From: Lytechinus pictus | Lineage: Eukaryota | DNA length: 64,000 bases | Assembly (NCBI RefSeq): GCF_037042905.1 | Contig: NC_087246.1 | Location: 9,488,001 to 9,552,000 of the forward strand | Direction of reading: 5' to 3' | In this document: positions 29,164-41,120 of the stretch, one piece after another | Layout of the letters: every line of letters starts with the position of its first letter | Numbering within the stretch: the stretch's first letter is position 1 | Position numbers and translations under genes: made by a program | Notes under the pieces: generated by a model | Seen by the model: the letters and a program-made list of their open reading frames with translations, nothing else | Database searches by the model: none | What the model was told of the DNA's origin: nothing

Positions 29164-30027
29164 CTACGGAAAATACAAATGAATGTGCAAATAAATGCTT
29201 CAATATAACACAAGATATATAATACCACTAACAATGAATATTCATACAGAACACAACCACACAACATAGTGATCGAAGCACTCCAATATCACAGAGCATA
29301 GCTGGGCAACTATATAGAGGTAACAGAATTCAATGAATTCATTCTTGCCAGTACCCATTACACCTGGGTTTACAGTGATATATTGTTAGTGGGCTGGTAA
29401 AACCTTTCTCAAATTGGAAAGAAAAAAGGTGACAGCTCAGAAACAACTGTTTTTTAATTATGGCAAGGTAGCATCTTTGCATTGCATGAAAATTGTCACC
29501 TAATTCATGTAGAGAACTTATTCTTGGCAAAGGAAGGTTGTGTTACTTATATGACTGTAAAATACAACTTTCTTTTTTTCTTTTTTAGCTCTCCTGTAGC
29601 TTTAAAATTTTGAGATACAATGTTTTAACAGCTAATATGTGGATTAACATCTTACCAAAGACAAGTGACCAAAAAGAGTACTTTCTTCAATTTTAAAATC
29701 AGTTTTTATGAAACGCAATAGTTATCCATGCAATACACAATTCATTTTTCTATTTCTGGCATTCATTACCAAGCTTCAAAATATGCACTCACCAAGGTAT
29801 GACACACAAATTGAAAGGAAACAAGATTTAAGGAAATAGGATTAGAAATAATAAATGTAGATAGAAAAATCTTAAGAGATAATAAAGATTCAGAGAATAT
29901 TCTATATTGTGATTTTATCATGAGTAACATTAATTGCAGTTAGTCCATTTATAAAATCCTATTTATTGCATAATTAATCATTGACTTTGGGGAAAGAGAA
30001 ATTATTTGAAAATATATATGTACTTAC

Positions 30028-30118
30028 AGTATACCAGGTGTTTTGAGAAGTTTGAAGCCCCCTCTCTGAGTTGGAAATACATCTTCTAAGAAGTAGTATA
30101 TATGACCAACAACCATAC
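30028..30118 (-). CDS. DERL2: Derlin-2 coding exon 5 ([31 protein letters not shown])
   Basis: GxxxG-H motif and FLEDVFP; cag/gtaagt boundaries; phases match both neighbours. Confidence 0.95.
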
Positions 30119-31449
30119 CTGGGGATAAATGAATCAAAACAAACAATCTGAAAAAGCAACGTTCCAATTTTCTTATACTGCATAAAAAGTCTCTAAGGTA
30201 TACAAGTTATTTCATATGCTATCTCCTTCTTAGCCTATGTTTCAGGTCATCTGTTGTATGTACTATATTTGTAAATTGTAAAATATGTAAATGTTCAACC
30301 TATGCAATGTAACGTCTGTTCAAGTAACTCACTTGAAATGAGATCATTAAATAGCAAGATATACTTGGCCTATTATCACAAACTACTTGCGACAGACAAT
30401 ATCAAAGAACAGAACAAGTCTTGAGAAATACAATAATTCTTCACAAGGTTTCACCTTCAAAGACAACATTTTTTATAATCATGTCAAATCTTGGATGTAA
30501 ACTTGGAAGCATGAAAGTCATCAGGCTTGGGCTTTGCCTGTAGCTATCCAAGTCACCATGGAAATTTGATTCTCTGCAACTGGTTTCTACCATGCAGATA
30601 ACAGAGATTACCAAGGAGTGATTGAGGCATCCTACCATTCCAGATGTGTCTCATTGGCAAGGCTAGCAAACAAGGACATAAATATCCCCAACAAAAGAGA
30701 TGCCTTTCTAGAACTCAAACGTTCATTCACTGACTGTTGTTGAATTTAAGATGTAAATATCAAATGGGCAATAGATTATACCCATGATGCATATTAATGA
30801 GTGCACATATGGAAGTGTTTTTTTATAAGTTTTTGATTACACAACATTCTTGACTGATCTGAACTGTTATTTCGCTTTAATTGTAATGAGGAACTACAGC
30901 TTTTTTATAGCTTATTGCTTTTTATTTTTCAAATTTCCTCTTTTCATAATTATGTTCATATCAAGAAGTAAGCAATAAATATGATAGTCCCACTGCCCAA
31001 GACGAGTCTCCACCATGACAATGCAAGCAAATCAGGATATATCTAAAACAGAGATTACTTTCTTAAACTCATCATTCACTGATCATTTGATTTAGGTTTA
31101 AACATTGTAGGGGCAATAGGTTATAACCATGTTGCATGGTTATGGGTGCATATTAGAATGTTTATTTGTATGTCATTGTCTTTGTAGTAAAATAATCTTA
31201 ACTGATTAGCTGTTATTCAAATTTACTTATCCTCAGGAACTACAGCTTTTCAATATGTTTTTAATGTGCTTATAGTGTATGTGTATTTTTATCTGAGATT
31301 TTATGTCAAAATGAAATCAACTGCAAGCACTGTCAGTTGATCAACATCTATGAGAACAGGACAACTTTCACCCAGTGAATGTTATGAAATGCAAACATGA
31401 GATATCTATGAGCTTGTTATCCAGGATCATCTCACATATCATTCATATG

Positions 31450-32310
31450 GCAGAATACAAGGCGCCAGAGAATATTCAAAGATAAGACGAACCCTTTAGA
31501 TGTTTACGGCGATGAACGCATTTCAAAATACCGACTTTCGAGACACCTAGTTCTAAATGTCTGTGAACTCTTAAATGTGGAATTAAAGGAGACCACTCTT
31601 CCGGGCCTTGCTTGTCTCCATCCAAGTCACTGTTGCCCTCAGATACTACGCAACAGGCAGTTTTCAGGCCGTGACAGGAGATCTCCAGGGGTTAGGTAAG
31701 CAAGGCATCTGTCAGCCGCTCGGTACGAGATGTTTCTAGATCACTATCACTGGCAAGGAGAGCTAATGACTATGTGGGAATTCCTAAGAGAAAAGAAATT
31801 TTCCAAATCAAACCTTTCTTATATGAACTTTGTGGAATACCAAATTTAGTAGGAGCAATTGATTGCACTCTTGTTCACATCAAATCCCCCACAACTGACA
31901 AGCATCTGTTTGTCAATTGGAAGAACTTCCACTCCATAAACGTGCAATGTATATGTGATGCCCCCAAGAGATTTCTTGATGTGTGCGCCAGACATTCAGG
32001 ATCTTCCCACGATTCATTCATCTGGCGGAATTCTGCTGCAAGCGACATATATGAAAGAGGGTCCGACTACCTGCTTGGTGACAGCAGATATCCCTGGTGT
32101 CCTCATCTGCTCACACCTATCCTTAACCAGACATCGCGTCCTGAAGAGAGATACAACCAACATCAAAGGGGACATTGTGCTATAGAGAGATCATTTGGAG
32201 TAATAAAATCCTGTTTCTGATAGATTGACAATAGTGGCGGAGGACTGCAGTTTTCACCCAACAGAATGTGCACAACTGTGCTCTACAACATCTGTATTAC
32301 CAACGACCTC
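31450..32310 (+). pseudogene. Decayed PIF/Harbinger (HARBI1-like) transposase
   Basis: Across frameshifts: RRQRIFKDKTNPLDVY, QVTVALRYYATGSFQ, VGAIDCTLVHI, HSINVQCICD, GSSHDSFIW, LLGDSRY, IERSFGVIKS, DNSGGGLQ. Stops at 32218-32223. A second related fragment (DYLLSDSGY) lies at ~32480-32570. Confidence 0.9.
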
Positions 32311-33465
32311 TCCAACAACGTGGTGCTTGATGGCAAACTGGACAATAAACAATATTCAGATGTCTCCTGATCATTTGCAAGGAGAGCCAACAACTACATA
32401 TATATATAAGTATTTGAAGTATCAGGCTCCTCATGAGACCATATGGCAAATAAATGCAACAAGTAAGGTACTCCAAGAAAGCTCCGACTACCTGCTCAGT
32501 GATAGCGGATATCTCCTGTGCCTCCTCACTCGACATCAATCCGACATCACATCCCCTAGAGAGGTTCTAACAGCATTGGTGGGAGAATGACAGTTTTCAT
32601 CGGACTGCACAAAATTTGTGTAATGTGTTTGTATATACATATTCATGTGTTTTCCATCAGAAAATATGAATACTGGTGTTATTTAACTCTTTTGTGTCTT
32701 GTTTATATTTGTGTGAAATGTATCAAATATGTTTTGAATCCTTGAGAACGTTTGAATATCAGAAGCGACGAATACTGTAAGATTCCATAATGAACACATT
32801 CATGAAAGAAATATTGAGTATAACTCTTTTAAAATACTTTTTAACTGTTGCCCCACTAAGTAAATCTAGGTGTTATTTTTTTTAATAGTAGGGGGAGCAT
32901 ATGGAACTCTTGCCGAAAGAGCTGACAAAAGGTATATACCTCACAGACAAACAACTAAGCATCAAGACACAAGAATCTGAAATGAAGCTTCTTAACAGTA
33001 CAGAGAAGCCAAGGAGAACCCACAGAAGATGGGGTAAAAGAAAATCTGACAAATGAATAGAAATATCAGCCAGATCTTATCAGAAGCCTGAAAATCCCCT
33101 AGAATCGGGGATACAAAATCGCCTAATCTATTGTCTAAAAATGAATGTGAGGGCTTGTATTCGGACAAAAAAACTGATTTGTTATAATAAACTTCTTTTT
33201 TGTTTTATATTGCATATTAATTTCTATGGCTGTCATTCTGTCTACTTATTGAGTTCATAATATTGTATGGTATATAAATTTATTATATAGATTGATTTGT
33301 ATGATTGTCATTGATGTTAAGGAGAAAATTGAATAGACTGGAACTTGAAACAATTTCCAAGAAAAAAAATCATCCAATCCATAGAAGATTCCCCTATAAT
33401 TTCATAAATCAGTTCTCCTCAAGGAGAGATGAAAAACAGGCTGGCCCAATAATGTCAAAACTTAC

Positions 33466-33661
33466 CTATTAGATCGACAATGATTGAATTTCCTAGAAGG
33501 ACAGAGAAACCCAGAAGAACCCATGGTAGGTAAGGTGCAGGAAAGTTCATCAAACCAAAGAAGTTCATCCTAATGTAGGGGTTCCTCCTACTCCATACAT
33601 AGACCAGCATGATGGTGAAAGCCTGACCAAGAAACACTAGGTTGACAAACAGAGCTATAAT
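33466..33661 (-). CDS. DERL2: Derlin-2 coding exon 4 ([66 protein letters not shown])
   Basis: ORF 33455-33637 closely matches Derlin-2; 196-bp exon; donor gtaagt at 33465. Confidence 0.97.
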
Positions 33662-34149
33662 CTGGACTTATAGTCAAGGAAATAGTATGAAATTCAAACA
33701 TGATCGTGTCATGGAATTTATAATCAAAGATGCCATATAGAAATTTTAAAAAAGGGGAAAATCATCGTAAATGGGCCGGGACCTTACAACATAACATGGC
33801 CCCAAAATATGCACAAAAAGTATATTGTCTAGAATGGGCCCTGATTTATACAATAACATATTTTCTATAGCTCAAAGTATTCTTACTTTTGTACGGAAAG
33901 TAGAGTCACAGTCTAATTGAAGTCAAATGTCCGAACTGCAGATACGACATCGATAGGATATACACGGTATGTATACGTTAATTTGATTAATTAGATGTTG
34001 TAGACTACTTGAAATTTGTGAGCCGAATATGTTAAAAATACAAAATATAAAATTTGTATTTCTTCTTATTTTTCATTACCGATTCAACGATCAGGAAGGG
34101 GAAAAGACAAACAGAGATTTCAGTGCAATAGACAGCTGTGTAAGAAGAG

Positions 34150-35357
34150 CTCGAGTCGAAGGAGAAATCAGGTGTCAATCAGGAAAAAATACTTAGTTTG
34201 ACCACAGCAACGTCAGTTTTTGACGGTCAATATGTTTTACCCAAAAAGTATCTTATCAACAAGCAATACGCAAAACCTCAATATCATTAGCAGATAGCAA
34301 CACTGAGTCTGCAGACAGCAAATCTGAAAGTGACACTGAATCCAATTCTGAGTCTTCGGATTTAAGTGCCACCATTCTTGCCTCAGCAACTGCTTTGACT
34401 TCTGCCTTTGCTGCTTCTTTTGACTTCATCCTCTACTTCTTCAACTTGTGCCTCAACTTCTTTAGTATCCCCATCTCTTTCTGGACTAGATTCTTCATCT
34501 TCATCACACAGCAAACAAGTAATCAGCATTTCGAAAGAAACAGTAAGCGATTACTACAACTATTGTAGAGAAGTTTGCCAGTGGGCTGTGTTAAACAAAT
34601 TGCACTTCGACCAAGCAATTGGAGGCCCAGGAAAAACAGTAGAAATCGACGAGTCCAAGTTTGGAAAACGCAAATATCATCGCGGCTGAGTGGTTGAAGG
34701 CCAGTGGGTCTTCGGTGGTATTTGCCGGGAGACAAAGGAAGTTTTCCTGATTGCACTTCCAGAAAACAAGAGGGACAGGGCGACACTTGAGCCGCTTATC
34801 AAAAAGCACATCAAAGCAGGTACCACAATAATTTCAGATTGTTGGAAAGCATACGATCAGCTCGGCAGTGCCGGTTTCACTCTTCTTAGTGTTAATCACT
34901 CTCTTCATTTTGTGGACCCTATCCCTAAGGAATACACCAATAACATTGAAAATCTTTGGTGGCAAATAAAGAGACAACTGAGTATATGTGGAAGCAAGCT
35001 CACAGAGGAGAAGACTTGTTCCAAACCTTTGTTGATGATGCAGCGGATTTGTACAGACCTCAATGTGAGTTTAACTGTTTATTTCAAAATGTTTTCCTAT
35101 TTTATCATTAGTTCCCTCTATGTAGATCTATGTATATAAAAATTAAGGCGACCACACAATAGGGAAAATCTGTTTGAACCCTTTGTACAAGATGCAGATG
35201 AGTTAAGAGTTATTCACTGTATAATACATACGTCAGTGAAAAAATTCTGTATAACTGTGTATTCCAAATTTTACCAATTCTCCTGCTAAATAATACTATT
35301 TTATGATTATGTTTTTTTTCTTCCATTTTTAGTGGGGGTGCATTTGGAACTCTTGCC
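34150..35357 (+). mobile_element. Decayed Merlin (IS1595/ISXO2-like DDE) transposon
   Basis: SIRKNT*FDHSN, TVSDYYNYCREVC, IGGPGKTVEIDESKFGKRKYHRG*, WVFGG, TTIISDCWKAY, VNHSLHFVDP, TNNIENLW, then frameshifted EYMWK. Candidate right terminus GGAACTCTTGCC at 35346-35357; left end not seen. Confidence 0.9.
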
Positions 35358-35639
35358 CCTTCCTGTAATAAGAAGCTTTAAGCAATTCACAATAACAAAA
35401 CGTTAAGTATTTCCAGTGAGAGTATGCCAAGTCAAGTTCAACCAATGGTTTGTCTTACCCGCCATAGCTTTATGAACAGTTTTTTTTCTTCTTAAGAATT
35501 CATAGTAAAAATTTTTTATGGATAAAAATATTAATAAAAAAAGACGTTCCTCCGTATTGAATAACATGTGACAACTCTATTTGAGGACCAAAGAGATCAA
35601 AACAAAGATATTACAGTGCTTAGTCCACTGACGATAATA

Positions 35640-36723
35640 CAGTCAGACCGCAGGTCCCTATGCTAATGTGCAAAAAGGCCAGATTCATCCAAATCATCTC
35701 GTGGCTGAATCCTCCTCCTTGCAAAATCTCGTGATTCGTGAGATTTTCTTTCTCTAAGAATTTACCTGTATCAACCTCAAGTTAAATGATATATTATTAA
35801 ACCATCAGATAGAGTAAAAGTTACTCTTTCATATTGGTCATTTATTTTGTATACAATATTTTGTTAAATAAGTAAATTTCTGGCCTGAAAATGTGCCTTA
35901 AAACTGAATTTTCTTCCTCTGTTTTCTTTTGCAAATTGTGCAAAACTTTTTATTTTGAGCCTCAATGATATCTATATCACCATAAAGCTGAACTTCTGTA
36001 CTTTCTCACAATGCCAATCTTGATATGCGGCACCTTTTAATTGGGTCAAGATGGCACTTTTCCCACCAAGGTACAAGACGAGATTTCTGAAATTTTGCAC
36101 TTGCAAGAAATCCAGAGTTCTGATCGGCTGGATAAGGTTCACAGAACAACAGGCGCGGGGTATTTGAGGAGATTACCACATGGGAAGTGTGACCTTCCCA
36201 CGAACCCAGGCACTGGAACCGTTGGAATTTGCCATTGTGTGGTCTCTTTGACCAATCAGAGAGCAGTATTCTTGTTTTCAAGCTGCTTTATGTACCTGGC
36301 AAATGAAAAGTGTGATCTTGACCCGATTAAACCAATTCTTATTTTGAAACCTATATCATTTTAAAGCATACATATTCAGCTTTATCATGATATAAAAATC
36401 ATTTGGGCTCAAACAAAAGTAAAGTGTGAAAATAGCAGCTTTTGTCAGGTGAAAATATTTATTTTGTAGCATATTTTAGATTAAAATTTTAACCTATATT
36501 ACAAAATCTTTGTATAAATCCAAACACATGACCTGAAAGAATGATTCTTCTTCTTTACAATGGTACCAAATTCATGAAATTTGATGCACAATTAGAGCAG
36601 CAATGACCGAATGAAAAGAGGTGTTTTGGTCCGCATCAAGCTCATTAAATATGCAAAACATCTCAAGTCATGAATGTCACTTGGATGAAAGAAGCCACTT
36701 TCTTGGGACCTGCAGTCTGACTG
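35640..36723. mobile_element. Non-autonomous TIR element (1.08 kb) inside the U12 intron
   Basis: 19-bp TIR CAGTCAGACCGCAGGTCCC / GGGACCTGCAGTCTGACTG (1 mismatch); 4-bp TSD AATA; degenerate internal inverted blocks (35953-35992 vs 36375-36413; 36036-36062 vs 36305-36331). Confidence 0.85.
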
Positions 36724-36849
36724 AATACCCTGGGTAAATGAAATCAAATACATTATATTATAGATAGATTAGATAGATACATAAAATAAAATAAATAAAT
36801 ACATAATACATAGAGCTCTACAAATCACTAAACATTGCTAAAAGGATAC

Positions 36850-37017
36850 AGTCATCAGGGTGCCTCCAAACAGAAACATGAAGAAAAAGTCTGCAGTGCG
36901 TCCACGGAACGAACCCTCCTCTAGCATGCGACAGTATCGGTAGGTGAATATCATGTTGAAGAGAAAATTGAAGCCTATTGCTCCAAAGTACATGAAGTTT
37001 GTTATAAGCCTCCATAC
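36850..37017 (-). CDS. DERL2: Derlin-2 coding exon 3 ([56 protein letters not shown])
   Basis: Rhomboid-family WR motif and [17 protein letters not shown] signature; followed by U12 donor GTATCCTTT. Confidence 0.97.
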
Positions 37018-38268
37018 CTGAAATAAAAAACAATTATAAATTAACAGAATGCATCATAGACAGGACAATTGATTTCATCAACTTAACAATGGATAATCTT
37101 GAACAATAAACTGTTGATTCACACAATATTAGCATTTAAAAGTTTGAAATAAACATAGGAATTGTAAGAATGATTAATTCCAACTACACCTTGTGAATAG
37201 AACTCAAAGAGGAGTCACAGAAAATGTAGGTGTAGTCGCAATGAAGTTTAATTGCAGACTCTTTTTAGAATCAGAGCAGTGTATCTGCTTACATATTCAG
37301 CAAGGGCAAAAGCCTGTGATAGGAATGTGGATCAATGATATAGTGGAATTTGACTGAGAGTGAAAACAAAAGAGCTGGCATTTTATCATGAAAGAATGCA
37401 TCACAAATCAACTTTGGAATGTATTTCTGAATAAGCAAGTTTGTAGTGACCTCATGGGCAAGATTGTTCAAATGACCTTCACTTTCTGTCAACAATGTAT
37501 GTAAGCATACTTGACATAGCAGGATACAGAAATTGCAGAGACCAGGTAACTAGAAAAGCATATCTATGAATGCTTTATAAAGTTGTTTGCTGCACTAGCT
37601 TTTGCTGTAAAATACTATGTGTTGTCAGCTGTTAAATACCAGTCGCTAATGGACGCATTTTTGCTTTCCAGTGGATCTAATGAAAAGCACAATAATCAAG
37701 ATAACAAATTTGGTGCTTACATTATCTTATTGAACATTAAACCACCATGCCATACAAATTATGTATGTATTCTTCTGATCATGAAGAGAATGGAACTACA
37801 AACTAGTTTATTACTTATCAATGAAATCAGTAATGCAATTCCTAGATACCAGACCTTTGCATCAAACCCCTTTGTCTCAAGACAGGGAACAATTCAATAA
37901 TCATTTTTGGTCATAAGAGAAAAGCTCTGTACAGTCCTATGTAAAATGTCTTTTGTATTAAAAAAAATGTGGAGCAAACTGCATTGCAATACCAGGAAAT
38001 CATCCCCTCTGAGGGTTGAATAGCTTGAAAATTGAGTATATTTACAACTCAACTCGTATATACCAACCTTATCTTTCTAAAGTTATCATATGATTGCTGT
38101 TAGCTGAAAATTTGTTTTGGATAGGAAAACTTCAGTCAAAAATGTAAAGCGAATAAAACAAGCTAATACAATTGAGAACAAAAGAAAAGCAGTTAATCAG
38201 AGTTTGTTAATAGTGAGACTATATAACAACATAACACCTTTGACAAGAATAAAATATATCTTTCTTAC

Positions 38269-38334
38269 CTCAAAATGGTTAAAAATGAGATCAGGGTTGA
38301 AGTATAACTGAAATGGTGATAAAATATCCAGTTG
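38269..38334 (-). CDS. DERL2: Derlin-2 coding exon 2 (QLDILSPFQLYFNPDLIFNHFE)
   Basis: 66-bp exon with ag/gtaag boundaries and conserved PFQLYFNP motif. Confidence 0.95.
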
Positions 38335-39325
38335 CTGCCAAAGCAAGAACACAAAGAATACAGATTAATAGTAGTTAATTGTAGTAAATAAAATATCAAT
38401 TCCCTGAACCACTATGGTTAAAAATCGTAACAAAATGGCCGATCGAGACTGGGGTAGAAGGAGAGAACTTTTCGTTTTTTGAGGTTCCAGTCTGTGCCCA
38501 GATGTCAGGAAACTGCCACTCGTTAGACCTTCATCCATATAATCGTGGTAATTGTATACTTTCTGTTTTCACAATTCATTTGGAGAAATATTTAGACCAT
38601 AAATCACCCTAGTCCCGTGAGTATGGTCAAATACACGGTAAGCCCCTGGGCTCCAGCCCGCGCAGCGGGCGGGAGCTCCCTGGGTTAGGCAAGCACATGC
38701 TAAACACTGCAAATAGGTTTGATAGACAGATTTTTCAGTTTTGCCACTAGTGACAAATAAAATAAATCAAAACAAAAAATAATTTGATTTTGCTTTGACT
38801 TTTTTCCCCTAGAAATGTGTGATCCAGTTTTATGTTTGCCTGAAAAATGGTGTCTGGTATGAAATTTCATGTTTGTCCTTTATTCCAAAAATTTTCAGTT
38901 TTAAGTATATTGCAGAAAATGAGGGATTCTAATTTTTGTTTGACAAGTGCAATGTAATATGATGAAATAGGATACCAAAGAATACATTCAATTTAAAATT
39001 GAAACTGGTACTCATCTCCCCTCCTCCCCCCACCCCCCCAAAAAAAAAAAAAATACATAAGGGCTTGGGGTGATTTTGCCAATGAAAATGCTCAAGTGAG
39101 AGCCCTGAAAAATAGAAAAGAGCCCTGAAAAATCCCTATTCACTGTAATGTTAAAGCTTAAATGTTGCTGATTTAGATAGTAGGTTGTGAAAAGTAGCCC
39201 CAAAAAACTAAAAAAATTATATATTTTTTTTGGCCTGCTCCTCCCCCCCCCCCCCAAATAAGAATAAAGGGAAAATCAATAATGAATCAGAATTTCTAAA
39301 CAAAGTTATGTATATGAATACGTAC

Positions 39326-39412
39326 CACAGCTAATGTTGTGAGTACACATGATGTACAATATAGTCTTGTAATAGGAGGAGTCTGCATGTACTCCTGTTG
39401 AACGGTTTGCAT
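39326..39412 (-). CDS. DERL2: Derlin-2 coding exon 1 (MQTVQQEYMQTPPITRLYCTSCVLTTLAV)
   Basis: Matches the Derlin-2 N-terminus (EY.Q.PP.TR.Y...CVLTT.AV). Donor gtacgt at 39325. An acceptor at 39439-39440 implies an upstream non-coding exon. Confidence 0.9.
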
Positions 39413-40545
39413 TGCGATGTGTTTTTCTTAACCTTTACCTGAAAACAAACAGAAGAATTTAGATACAGATTTCACTAATTCAAAGTTAAGGAAATGATAC
39501 AGGTACCTCTGCTTGAAAATAACTCTCTAACATTGTGAAGAAAAATAATGACGGTAAGAAAAGTAAATATCTATGGTCCCTGAAAGAAAGGAGATTAAAT
39601 GATTAGAGACAATTAAAACATGGGTTATTTACAAAAAAATTACAAACACTGATTGTTATCTCTTCTAACAGGGCCTAAATCTACACAAGATAGTCTTACT
39701 GTCGAGGCCTCGAATATTTCATTCCATTATGTCACGTCACAAGAACATATTTTCGTCCATCACTGTTTATTGGACGCATTTTGTGTTTTTAATCTTTTGG
39801 ATCCATCTCTCACATTTCAAAAGCAGAATTAAATGTCTCCTTATTATCATGAAAATTTGATTAAGGAGAAGTGGATGACACAAATTTTGCATGATGAAGA
39901 TTTTGTCTTCCAAGAATAAGGGCGATTCCATTTGACATATGACATTATCCAAAAATTTATATTGGCTCTATTTTAAATCTGGATCAAAACTTTCTTTTAT
40001 AACTCATATGGAAGTTCATAAATACAGAGGGTGATCATAATTAGCCCCCAAAAACAAAAAAAATCTTACACATCTTTCTTATAGGAGAATCTAAACTATC
40101 AAAATCTGAACTATCGAGATCTGATGCAAGTTATGCGAAACGATCCCGAACTATATAGTCCCATCATGAATTTTCTTGAATTGAGCTGCGATTTCCCCGC
40201 ATGCGCAACTGCGATGTTTTAAAATCGGCAGTGAATTAATACGTGTGAGGAAACTGTTACTGGCTCTAAATCAACGATTTTGAGACTGATAGAAGCGTGG
40301 AAAAGTGAAACTTTGTGAAATGTAGGAATATTAGTTTTTATTGTTTTTAAAGGTTGTGTTGTTGCACGAGTTTCACGTTTTATACACATTAAATCACACC
40401 TTTGTCACTCGGAGTTTTGTACCTTGATGTTCGGGTAGGTGTAGCCTAGTGTAGCGGTAGTGAAGTGGAGCCTACCCTACACGAACATCACTGTGTCTGT
40501 GCACTAACACTCAACAGGCATGGCAACACCACTCACCAGACTTAA

Positions 40546-41120
40546 AGGGATACTCCAGGCTGAAAATTATATGATTTAAACAGATAGAGAAAAATGAGAC
40601 AAACAAAACACTGAAAATTTGACCAAAACCGGACAAGGAATACCAAAGTTATGGCATTTTAAAGATTTACATTATTCTGGTGAAACAGTTCTCGGCATGT
40701 CATCATGAATATTCAATGAGCAAATTGATGATGTCATATCCCCACTTGTTCTTTTGTATTTTATTATATGAAATTAGGTTTATTAAAAACAAATTTACCA
40801 AGAACTTAAAAAAATTGGACAACTGATTTAGTGCATTAGATATTCATTGCTGCAACTATTTCATTATAAAGGAGACACATTATTCACACGTATGAAAAAA
40901 TGAAACAATTATGATTTCATGTAATGACATAAGGAAAAGGGAAAGTGGGGATGTGACATCATCAGCCCACCTAATGAATATTCATGATGATGTGCATATA
41001 ACTATTTTCACAAATTAATGGTTTACTTAAAAATTCAATAACTTTAAAGTCTTTATAATTTGTTATCTGATTTTGATGAAATTTTCAGCATTTTGCTCTG
41101 TGAATTTTACTCTATTTATT
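40546..41120. mobile_element. Kolobok-like MITE, right end truncated
   Basis: TTAA|AGGGATACTCC start; imperfect inverted arms (40580-40665 vs 41040-41120). A related fragment lies near 26345-26500. Confidence 0.6.

Larger units (their letters stand above)
33662..36849 (-). other. U12-type (minor spliceosome) GT-AG intron of DERL2
   Basis: 5' splice site GTATCCTTT (36849-36841); branch site TTCCTTGAC (33681-33673) with branch A 13 nt from the intron end; no polypyrimidine tract. Confidence 0.93.

Noticed and set aside
31450..32310. Functional domesticated HARBI1 gene
   Set aside because: Multiple frameshifts and stops.
34520..35070. Bacterial IS1595 horizontal transfer or Sec/readthrough at TGA 34687-34689
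   Set aside because: Merlin is the established eukaryotic relative; the TGA fits CGA-to-TGA decay and the copy has other stops and frameshifts.
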